Part shown: positions 41,222 through 49,280 of the stretch, in pieces | Numbering within the stretch: position 1 is the first letter of the stretch | How the letters are laid out: the number at the start of each line of letters is the position of its first letter | Assembly: GCA_037481835.1 (NCBI GenBank) | Contig: JBBFKW010000016.1 | Span: 32,001-96,000, forward strand | DNA length: 64,000 bases | Direction: 5' to 3' | Source: Desulfosoma sp. | Lineage (GTDB): Bacteria > Desulfobacterota > Syntrophobacteria > Syntrophobacterales > DSM-9756 | The notes under the pieces: model-generated | Seen by the model: the letters and a program-made list of their open reading frames with translations, nothing else | Told to the model about the DNA's origin: nothing | The model's database searches: none | Translations under genes and position numbers: made by a program

Positions 41222-41974
41222 ATGAAAGTAGATATTAACGCTGATGTTGGAGAAAGTTTCGGTCTCTATCGTATGGGTAATGACGAAGAATTTATGCAGT
41301 ACATCACAAGTGCCAATGTTGCCTGTGGGTTTCATGCCGGGGATGCCACCGTCATGCATAGGACCGTGCTCCTGGCAAAGAAATACGGTGTACAGATCGG
41401 TGCTCACCCGGGGTTGCCCGACCGCCAAGGGTTTGGCCGACGTGAGATGAACTGCAGCATTGAGGAAATTTATGACGACGTTATGTATCAGGTTGGAGCG
41501 TTGAAGGCTTTCGTTGAAGCTTCGGGAATGAGATTGCATCATGTGAAGCCTCACGGCTCACTCTATGGCATGGCCAATCGTCGGGCTGAAGTTGCTGAAG
41601 CCATTTGCCAAGTGATCCTTGATGTCGACCCGAAAATGTATTTCTACACGATGAAAAAAGGCCTTGTTGGACAAGTTGCCCGGAAGATGGGCGTGCGGGT
41701 TGTGTTCGAGCTCTATGGAGATTTGGAATACGACCCCGAAGGGAATCTCGTCATTACAAGGCATCATGAGGCTCAGAAACCCAATGCCGTTGCCGCTAAA
41801 GTTCTAAAAATGGTGCAGCACGGCAGAGTTACGGCGACGGACGGGAGCGAAATTGCCATTGAAGGGAGTTCCGTGTGTCTCCACTCGGATACGCCGGACG
41901 CAGTTGAGATTCTCAGGGCTGTGAACCAGGGCCTAAGGGAAGCAGGCTTTTTACTAGAATCTCCTCCTCTATAA
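41222..41974 (+). CDS. pxpA: LamB/YcsF (PxpA) family protein
   Basis: DINADVGESFG, SANVACGFHAGD, GAHPG, HVKPHGSLY, CLHSD. Confidence 0.93.
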   Translation: MKVDINADVGESFGLYRMGNDEEFMQYITSANVACGFHAGDATVMHRTVLLAKKYGVQIGAHPGLPDRQGFGRREMNCSIEEIYDDVMYQVGALKAFVEASGMRLHHVKPHGSLYGMANRRAEVAEAICQVILDVDPKMYFYTMKKGLVGQVARKMGVRVVFELYGDLEYDPEGNLVITRHHEAQKPNAVAAKVLKMVQHGRVTATDGSEIAIEGSSVCLHSDTPDAVEILRAVNQGLREAGFLLESPPL

Positions 41975-42148
41975 GTAGGGGATCAACCCGCTTGGATCGC
42001 CTCATGCTGAACCGATTATTCCACGTGAGGACATGCATAAGCACGGTAATGTCCTTTGCAGCTAAAGGTGCCCCACAGAAAGCGTGTTTTAAATGATGGA
42101 AATTGAATTAAAGATTGTAAACATTCTGTAGACGGGAGGATGACGATT

Positions 42149-43135
42149 ATGAGCAGGGGAAAATATCACGTCATACTCGATACGATGCCCGAAACTCCAT
42201 CGAGGTTGGAAATCCTTTTCCGACAGGCTGGAGATGGTTTCCTGCAGGTGGAATATGGACGGGAGCCGCGCGCTGCCCTACAGGATTCCTTTAGAATTTT
42301 GGCGGTGAATGACATCATCCGCGATAAAAAAATCAAAGGGCTTATTGAAACAGTTCCTGGACTTCGAACAAATCTTTTTCACTACGATCCTGAGATTTTG
42401 TCAGTCAAAGAGCTAATTGAGCAAATTAAAGAAGCTGAAGATTCAATGCCGACCATCGATGATGTTGTTTTGAATTCCAGATTGATTCATCTTCCCATAG
42501 CTTTCGAAGACAGCGAGACGAAAAAAGCGGTTGAAAAATATGTGAGAGAAGTGAGGCCGGACGCGCCTAATGTCATAAACGGATACAATCTTGAGTATAT
42601 CGCTCTTTGTAATGGGGTAACGGTGGAGGAAGCGAAAGGAATGATTTTGGGTACGGAATGGTTTAACAGCGGATGTGGTTTTTGGCCCGGAGGGGCATTC
42701 CTATGGCCCATGGATCCGCGGTGCGCATTGGTGGTCCCCAAATACAATCCCCCCCGAACATGGACCCCGGAAGGCGCCGTGGGGATCGGTGGACCTTGCG
42801 TGTTTACTTACACGACACCGACGGGCGGTGGGTATCAGCTTTTCGGACGGACAATCCCGACATTTCAATTCGCCTGTAAACACCCGATTTTCAAAAACGG
42901 CCCATTCCTCTATCGACCGGCGGACCGCGTGAAATTCCATGAGGTTAGTGAGCAGGAGGTGCTGAATATTTTTGAACATGTCCATGATAAAACGGACTAT
43001 ATATATCAGATCGAAGAAGGGCAGGTGGTTGCCAAAGATTACCTGAAATGGGTACAAAGCGAAGATGTTCAGAAAGGTGTTGAGCAATTAAAGGCAAAAC
43101 AGGCCGAGGGTGTGAGAAAAGCTCCGCGGCTTTAG
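42149..43135 (+). CDS. Carboxyltransferase subdomain C/D (urea carboxylase type, PxpB-like)
   Basis: RQAGD..LQVEYG, PKYNPPRTWTPEGAVGIGG, GGYQLFGRT; about 330 aa. Confidence 0.85.
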   Translation: MSRGKYHVILDTMPETPSRLEILFRQAGDGFLQVEYGREPRAALQDSFRILAVNDIIRDKKIKGLIETVPGLRTNLFHYDPEILSVKELIEQIKEAEDSMPTIDDVVLNSRLIHLPIAFEDSETKKAVEKYVREVRPDAPNVINGYNLEYIALCNGVTVEEAKGMILGTEWFNSGCGFWPGGAFLWPMDPRCALVVPKYNPPRTWTPEGAVGIGGPCVFTYTTPTGGGYQLFGRTIPTFQFACKHPIFKNGPFLYRPADRVKFHEVSEQEVLNIFEHVHDKTDYIYQIEEGQVVAKDYLKWVQSEDVQKGVEQLKAKQAEGVRKAPRL

Positions 43136-43165
43136 AAATCTAAAAAAGAGAAAGGAGTTTCATCC

Positions 43166-44149
43166 ATGTTAAAAATTTTGAATCCCGGAATAGAAGTTTT
43201 AGTTGAAGACTGGCCCGGTCGGCTTGGGTATTTGGGTATGGGGATGTCTGCGTCGGGAGCATTTGATAACGTAGCCCTTGGCTTGGGAAATATTCTGGTA
43301 GGAAATCCTCCCGGCGAGGCAGGCTTGGAAATTACGGGCGGTTTCTTGGAAGCCCAGTTCGGGGAGGATACCGTCATTGCCGTGACTGGAACCGATATGC
43401 AACCGACCCTTAACAATGAACCTTTTCCCATGTGGCAATCGGTTAGAGTGTCTCGAGGAGATGTGATTAGATTCAAGCATATCGGGCCGTACGGGTTTCG
43501 AAGTTATTTGGCCATAGCCGGTGGCATTGATGTGCCGGTATATCTCGGCAGCAAATCTACGTGTATTTTCGGAGGGTACGGCGGCTTTCAAGGGCGCAAG
43601 CTGGCGGCAGGGGACGAGCTCCGATTGGGGAGGCCAAGTGCTTCCTTAAGTGAACTGGCGGATCGAAAGCTTAAGCCTGGGGTGCAGCCGCAATACGAAC
43701 GTGAATGGCGACTTCGAGCGATACCCGGACCGAACACGTGCCCTGATTACGTCACCGAAGAAGGGATGGATCTTCTGTTTTCCAAATCCTTCAAGATCAA
43801 TCACAACTCCAATCGTTCTGCCTATCGTCTGGATCCCTTGCCCGACAGCTTCTTTGCTCGGCCTGACGGCGGGGTAGGTGGGAGCCATCCATCCAATATC
43901 CTGGATCATGCTTATGCCATTCGGGGGGCCTTAAATGTTTGCGGAAACACGCCGATTTTGCTCATTGCCGACGGCCCCACCCTCGGCGGTTATATCTGCT
44001 GCCTAAACGTCATTAACGCTGATTTGTGGAAGATTGGCCAGGGTGCTCCCGGTCGTGATTTTATTAAGTTTGACTACGCAGATCAGGAAACGGCGACACA
44101 AGCACGGATAGCTCAGAAGAAGCTTCTCAGTGAGGATTCCTTAGCTTAA
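43166..44149 (+). CDS. Carboxyltransferase subdomain A/B (PxpC-like)
   Basis: DWPGRLG, SGAFD, GLEIT, RSYLAIAGG, GSKST, GGSHPSNI, DGPTLGGY. Confidence 0.88.
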   Translation: MLKILNPGIEVLVEDWPGRLGYLGMGMSASGAFDNVALGLGNILVGNPPGEAGLEITGGFLEAQFGEDTVIAVTGTDMQPTLNNEPFPMWQSVRVSRGDVIRFKHIGPYGFRSYLAIAGGIDVPVYLGSKSTCIFGGYGGFQGRKLAAGDELRLGRPSASLSELADRKLKPGVQPQYEREWRLRAIPGPNTCPDYVTEEGMDLLFSKSFKINHNSNRSAYRLDPLPDSFFARPDGGVGGSHPSNILDHAYAIRGALNVCGNTPILLIADGPTLGGYICCLNVINADLWKIGQGAPGRDFIKFDYADQETATQARIAQKKLLSEDSLA

Positions 44150-44183
44150 GGTCTTACAGATAACAACTTATAGGAGAGTGTCC

Positions 44184-44402
44184 ATGGAAAAAACTGTTAA
44201 TGCAATTATGCCGGGATTGACCGCACGCGTGGTGGTGAACGTGGGAGATAGAGTGGCAAGAGGCCAGGAGGTGGCCGTCATTAACTGCATGAAAACCGAA
44301 ATTCCCGTTGTGAGCGAGGATGATGGGGTCGTTAAACAAATCCTTGTAAAGGAGTGGGATGAGCTCCAGGTGGGGGATCCCATGGTGGTTTTAGAAGTAT
44401 AA
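44184..44402 (+). CDS. Stand-alone biotin carboxyl carrier protein
   Basis: 72 aa biotinyl fold, V.VGD.V...CMKTE...GVVKQILVK. Confidence 0.8.
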   Translation: MEKTVNAIMPGLTARVVVNVGDRVARGQEVAVINCMKTEIPVVSEDDGVVKQILVKEWDELQVGDPMVVLEV

Positions 44403-44409
44403 ACCCGGA

Positions 44410-45759
44410 ATGGTATCTATGAACATGATCAAAAAACTCCTTGTGGCCAACCGTGGTGAAATCGTCCGCCGCATTATCCGAACGTGCCGAGAAATGGGCG
44501 TTCAAACGGTTGCTGTGTTTTCGGAAGCAGATCGCGGGGCTGCTTATGTGACCGATGCAGACCAGGCTGTTTGTATCGGTCCTGCGAATCCTCTGCAGAG
44601 TTATCTGAACATCGATGCCCTTTTGGATGCGGCGCGAAAAACGGGGGCCGATGCGGTTCACCCCGGGTACGGTTTTCTTTCGGAGCGCGGTGCGTTCGCA
44701 GAGGCCGTAGAGAATGCCGGGATGATTTGGGTCGGTCCCCCATCAAAACTCCTGCGCAGGATCAGTTCTAAGTGTGCGTGCAGGCAGATTGCGAGTGAGG
44801 TGGGGGTGCCAGTCGTGCCAGGTACGCTGAAACCGGTTGCCGATCCTGAGGAAATTTTAAAATATGGAAGGCGGCATGGATACCCCCTTTTCCTAAAGCT
44901 CGACAAAGGAGGTGGGGGCAAAGGTATTTCGAGGATTAACGGCCCCGAGGATGTGGAGCGAGTCTTCAAGCAGGCGAGCAGTATTGGAAGTGTGGCTTTT
45001 GGATCTTCGGACTGCTATTTAGAGCATGTCGTGGCAAAGCCTCGCCACATTGAGGTCCAGTTTGTGGCGGACAAGCACGGCAACTGTGTTTGTCTCGGAG
45101 AGCGCGAGTGTTCCATTCAACGACGAAATCAAAAAATTATAGAGGAGGGTCCATCGCCTGCGGTCTCCCCAGAAGAGCGAGCCCTGTTATTCGATTGGAC
45201 CAGGCGGATTGTGCTCCGTATGGGATACCACGGGGCAGGAACGATCGAAGGGCTTCGGTCCGCGGATGGGAGCTACTATTTCATGGAAATAAATGCCCGC
45301 CTGCAGGTGGAACATGCGGTGAGCGAGTTCATAACAGGCCTTGACATTGTCAAGTGCCAGCTTGAAATATCTTGCGGGATGCCGCTCAGTTTTGTTCAAG
45401 AGGAAGTTAGCCTTAGCGGACACGCTATCGAGGCGCGAATTTACGCCGAAGACCCCGAAACCTTCATGCCTTCACCGGGCATTATCAAAAGACTCAGTCT
45501 TCCCGCAGTTAATAATTGCCTGAGGATCGACCATGCCCTTGCAGAAAACACAACTGTTCCCCCATATTACGATCCCCTCCTCGCCAAGGTCGTTGCTTGG
45601 GATGGGAATCGGCCAGCGGCCATTGGGCGACTAACCGAGGCGCTCAAGCGTATTGAAATTGAAGGGATTAAGACCAACATTCAAACGAGCCTGAAGGTCC
45701 TAAGTAGTGAGTTGTTTCTGCGCGGTGAGTATGACACCTCGTTTTTGAGTGGAGAATAA
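44410..45759 (+). CDS. Biotin carboxylase subunit
   Basis: VANRGEI, HPGYGFLSE, GGGGKG, ERECSIQRR, EINARLQVEH, YYDPLLAK. Confidence 0.92.
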   Translation: MVSMNMIKKLLVANRGEIVRRIIRTCREMGVQTVAVFSEADRGAAYVTDADQAVCIGPANPLQSYLNIDALLDAARKTGADAVHPGYGFLSERGAFAEAVENAGMIWVGPPSKLLRRISSKCACRQIASEVGVPVVPGTLKPVADPEEILKYGRRHGYPLFLKLDKGGGGKGISRINGPEDVERVFKQASSIGSVAFGSSDCYLEHVVAKPRHIEVQFVADKHGNCVCLGERECSIQRRNQKIIEEGPSPAVSPEERALLFDWTRRIVLRMGYHGAGTIEGLRSADGSYYFMEINARLQVEHAVSEFITGLDIVKCQLEISCGMPLSFVQEEVSLSGHAIEARIYAEDPETFMPSPGIIKRLSLPAVNNCLRIDHALAENTTVPPYYDPLLAKVVAWDGNRPAAIGRLTEALKRIEIEGIKTNIQTSLKVLSSELFLRGEYDTSFLSGE

Positions 45760-45913
45760 TGTAATATTATTTGTGAATCGCGTGACGACTTGGTAAGGGC
45801 AGGAAGTCTATCCTGCCCTAAGATATTAAATTCGATTTTCCTGGAAGCATATAGAAACAAAGCGTTTTCCTCCGAATGAATTTCAACGCCGAGGGGGGGT
45901 GTTTCTTTGGAGA

Positions 45914-47476
45914 GTTGAATCCGTGACGGCTAAGGGAATGAGCCTCTATGGAGCCCTGGGAGAACCTTTTTGAGCACCACGGCGGTCGATTGACATCAGA
46001 ATCGGACGCCGCAGCCGTCAAATCCGGTTGATGTATGACGGAGCAATAAATTGTGCCTCTTTGGGACGCACTTCCCCCTTTAAGACACTTCGGGGTGTCT
46101 GTGTTTACCGGCCCCCTCATGGGGGTTTTAGGCCAGGCAGAATTTTACAAAGAGCCTTCGAAAGGGTGCATACCCCGAACGATGCCGCCCGAATTGAAGC
46201 TCGATGAGCCGTCCCGTGTGAATCACCCGGGCCGCAAGGACGATGAGTTCCTGGATGACGGTTCCAATGCGCCGCCTTTTGGCAGGATGGCGAACCGGGG
46301 CGTCGTCTCCCAGAAGGCCTTCCTCGCCGATTATCCGAAGAACATTGTCAACCATCGCCCCAAGAGTCAGCACCAAGGCGTTGATGGAAAACTTTCCCGA
46401 GGGCAGCCGCTCCAAATCCAGGTCCGTTTTGATTTCACTATGAAACGGCTCGCTCAGACCCCGGTTTTCGTAAAGAACGATGATGTCTTCTTCAGGAAGA
46501 TGCACGTTCGTCTACCATCCTTCGAGCTCGATAACCGGCTCAAGAAGCCTCTGTCCCTTGGCGTCGGCCGTCCTGATCGTAACCCGAATTACCAACCGAT
46601 AATGCTCAAGCCTGCCCTCGTGGTTTCGGGGTATCGACACGCTCAAAAGCCCCAGCTGCTTTCCGGAACTCCGCTGGCCTACGCACCCTTCGGTGGAGAC
46701 TTTCTGTGCCCAATGGGCCCGATTCGCTCTTCGTGGATTTCATTTGACGATAAAGGCGGTGATCTCATGGGCCGAAAGTTCCGCTCGGGTCTCCACAGCA
46801 TCATGAGCCGCATCAAGCCTCACGAGAAGGGGCTTTTCGGTCAACCGGCGGGCGTTGTCCAAGGTCCCTCGCAAGAAAGGCACAAACCCGTTCTGGGAAT
46901 GCTGACTCCCCTCCCGCAGCTCAACCCCGAGGCACCATCCCTCCGATCCCAGGTAGGCCCCAATGGGCGCATAGCCGTCATAGCCCTGGGAGGTTCGAGA
47001 AACGCCCTCTTTTTGGGTCTTGGAATTGTCCAAGCAGAAAACATCCACGTCCAAAGCCACGTGGCCAGTAGGAAGCTCCGTTACGGGAATGTGGACGTTC
47101 TCCAGAAGCTCCACTGCCAATGGCCTCCCGGAACCACGCGTCCTTGCTCACTCCACGGACGGCCTGAAAATCGCTCCTGCCCGTTGCCAACACCCCGAGG
47201 GAGGTTTTCATCACGTCCTTGTGCGGGGTTTTGGGATACCCCCAACCCCATCCTGTTCTGGAAGAGCGTCGTGTAGTTATTGACCCGCGCCCCGAAAAGG
47301 GCCAGACCTGATTACTGTAGATGACCTTGGAGGATTGATCGATCTCGATCTGTTCATCATTGAACCTTCAGAGTGAGTTAAATACTGTAACGTCTATGCC
47401 ATAAAAAGCTAGATAAGTCAACCTCGTGAATGGCATATTATACTTTTATGGATAGGTCTTCTTTCACGGATTCAGG
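45914..47476 (-). mobile_element. IS1380-family insertion sequence, decayed
   Basis: Terminal IRs gtTGAATCCGTGA (45914-45926) and TCACGGATTCAGG (47464-47476) enclose transposase fragments. Confidence 0.8.
46128..47360 (-). pseudogene. IS1380-family DDE transposase, multiply frameshifted
   Basis: Fragments in several frames: GLALFG, TGRSDF, LDVDVFCLDNSKTQKEGVSRT..GYAP, RLDAAHD, HSEIKTDLDLERLPSGKF. Confidence 0.85.
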
Positions 47477-47489
47477 GAGATGTTAAAAG

Positions 47490-47906
47490 ATGATGCATCA
47501 AATTGAAGGGCGTTTCAAAATCCTTGTGGGGTACGACGGGACGCGGACAGCGAAAGAGGCCCTGAACGTGGCCTTGTTTCATGCGCGACATTTTCATGCG
47601 GAGGTGCATGTGGCCTGGTCCCTCACGGGAGGTCAAAGCACTTCGGCGGAAGAAATCGACACCGCCCGGGATGGACTCCACCATGTGGAAGATCTGTTCG
47701 GGGAGGCCCAGATCCCCTGTCAAACCCATCTCCTGATCCGGGGGCTTTCCCCGGGAGAGGATTTGGTGCGGTTCGCTGAAGAGCATGCGGTGGGGGAAAT
47801 CATCATCGGGGTCCGACGCCGTTCCCAGGTGGGAAAGCTTCTTTTCGGCTCCACAGCGCGCTACGTGATCCTCAACGCCCCCTGCCCCGTTGTCAGCGTC
47901 AAGTAG
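47490..47906 (+). CDS. Universal stress protein
   Basis: ILVGYDG, IIIGVRRRSQVGKLLFGSTARYVILNAPCPVVSV. Confidence 0.92.
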   Translation: MMHQIEGRFKILVGYDGTRTAKEALNVALFHARHFHAEVHVAWSLTGGQSTSAEEIDTARDGLHHVEDLFGEAQIPCQTHLLIRGLSPGEDLVRFAEEHAVGEIIIGVRRRSQVGKLLFGSTARYVILNAPCPVVSVK

Positions 47907-47935
47907 TGCGGTTTTCCAAAGGGGGCCCTCCCAAG

Positions 47936-47971
47936 AAAAAAGCCGCCCTCCCCGGGGGGAGGACGGCTTTT
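47936..47971. terminator. Bidirectional intrinsic terminator between usp and tRNA-Leu
   Basis: AAAAAAGCCGCCCTCCCC-GGGGGGAGGACGGCTTTT. Confidence 0.75.
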
Positions 47972-48021
47972 CGTGTCCGTGAGCTTGCCCGCCGTCTGTA
48001 AAAACCACAAAAAGCAAAAGA

Positions 48022-48109
48022 TGGTGCCGAAGCGGGGACTCGAACCCCGACAGGCCTATTGCCCACTAGATCCTGAATCTAGCGCGTCTACCAATTCCGC
48101 CACTTCGGC
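48022..48109 (-). tRNA. tRNA-Leu(CAG)
   Basis: GCCGAAGTGGCGGAATTGGTAGACGCG-CTAGA-TTCAGGA-TCTAG, long variable arm, GGTTCGAGTCC, CCA. Confidence 0.97.
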
Positions 48110-48216
48110 ATTATCATACGAAAAAGGCGTTGCCTTGGAAGCGCCGATAAACTATGGTAAAAGCCTTCAGCTGTCAAGCGCATTTTGTGGTGAAACCGGA
48201 GGTTCCCAAACAAGCG

Positions 48217-49170
48217 ATGAAGGTGATCCGAAGCGTGGAAGACATCCAAAAGCCACTTCACAATCCCGTGATGACCATCGGCAATTTTGACGGGGTCCAT
48301 CGCGGCCACAAGGCCTTGTTTCAACGCGTCGTGGATTGGGCGAAAAAACTTGGCGGTCAATCGGTGGTGATGACCTTCGATCCCCACCCTCTCCAGGTGT
48401 TGGCGCCGTCCCGAGGACCGGATTTCATCACATCCCATGGAAAGAAACTGGAACTCATCGAGGCCGAAGGGATCGACGTCACCATCGTGATCCCGTTTAG
48501 CAAGGATTTCGCACAGATTTCCGCCCACGACTTCGTCAAAGACCTTCTCGTGGACCGCATCGGCATCAAGGGGATCGTCGTGGGCTACGATTATCGGTTC
48601 GGCAGAAACCGCGAGGGCGACATCCGCCTGCTGCGGGAACTGGGCAACCGATACGGTTTCCAGGTGGAGATGGTGTCCGGCATTGAGCTGGAGGGCACCC
48701 TGGTGAGCAGCACGGCCATTCGCCAGCTCATCCGCGACGGCGAAATCCGGGAGGCGGAGCGGCTCTTGGGGCGGCCCTATGAAATCGTCGGGCGCGTCGT
48801 CAAAGGGCGCGAGCGGGGGCGGCTCCTGGGATTCCCCACCGCCAACGTGGATGTCCAAAAGCAAGTGCCGCCCAAGCCCGGCGTCTATGCCGTGGAAGTG
48901 GACCTGGACGGCGAAACCTACATGGGTGCGGCCAACTTCGGATGGAACCCCACCTTCGGGGATCCGACGCCCTCCTTGGAGGTGCACGTGCTGGATTTCG
49001 ACGGCGACCTGTACAACAAGGAAATCGCCGTCCGTTTTGTGGAGCGCATTCGAGACGAGCGGCGCTTCCCCGGCCCGGAAGCCCTTGTCGCCCAGATCCA
49101 TAAGGATGTGGAGACCGTGCGGGGCATTCTGGCCACAAGGAAACCCATGGCCATGGCCGCATCGGGTTGA
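48217..49170 (+). CDS. ribF: Bifunctional riboflavin kinase/FAD synthetase
   Basis: IGNFDGVHRGH, VGYDYRFG, VSSTAIR, GFPTAN, LEVH. Confidence 0.96.
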   Translation: MKVIRSVEDIQKPLHNPVMTIGNFDGVHRGHKALFQRVVDWAKKLGGQSVVMTFDPHPLQVLAPSRGPDFITSHGKKLELIEAEGIDVTIVIPFSKDFAQISAHDFVKDLLVDRIGIKGIVVGYDYRFGRNREGDIRLLRELGNRYGFQVEMVSGIELEGTLVSSTAIRQLIRDGEIREAERLLGRPYEIVGRVVKGRERGRLLGFPTANVDVQKQVPPKPGVYAVEVDLDGETYMGAANFGWNPTFGDPTPSLEVHVLDFDGDLYNKEIAVRFVERIRDERRFPGPEALVAQIHKDVETVRGILATRKPMAMAASG

Positions 49171-49227
49171 AGCCGCACTGGAACCGTGCCGCGCCCTGCC
49201 GTGATGGGGTGCGGTTTTACGGATCTT

Positions 49228-49254
49228 GTTGGGGTTCGCTTCGCTCACCCCAAC
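49228..49254. repeat. REP-like palindrome, copy 2
   Basis: gttggggttcgcttcgctcaccccaac, between convergent ribF and hflX. Confidence 0.75.
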
Positions 49255-49280
49255 ACCCCCCAAAAGACCTTCCCCCCTTT

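Noticed and set aside
41975..42148. Guanidine (ykkC) riboswitch before the carboxyltransferase genes
   Set aside because: I could not recognise the consensus here or upstream of DUF1097. An Rfam scan would settle it.
46053..47276. 407-aa plus-strand ORF
   Set aside because: Antisense shadow of the IS1380 transposase remnant, with no motifs of its own.
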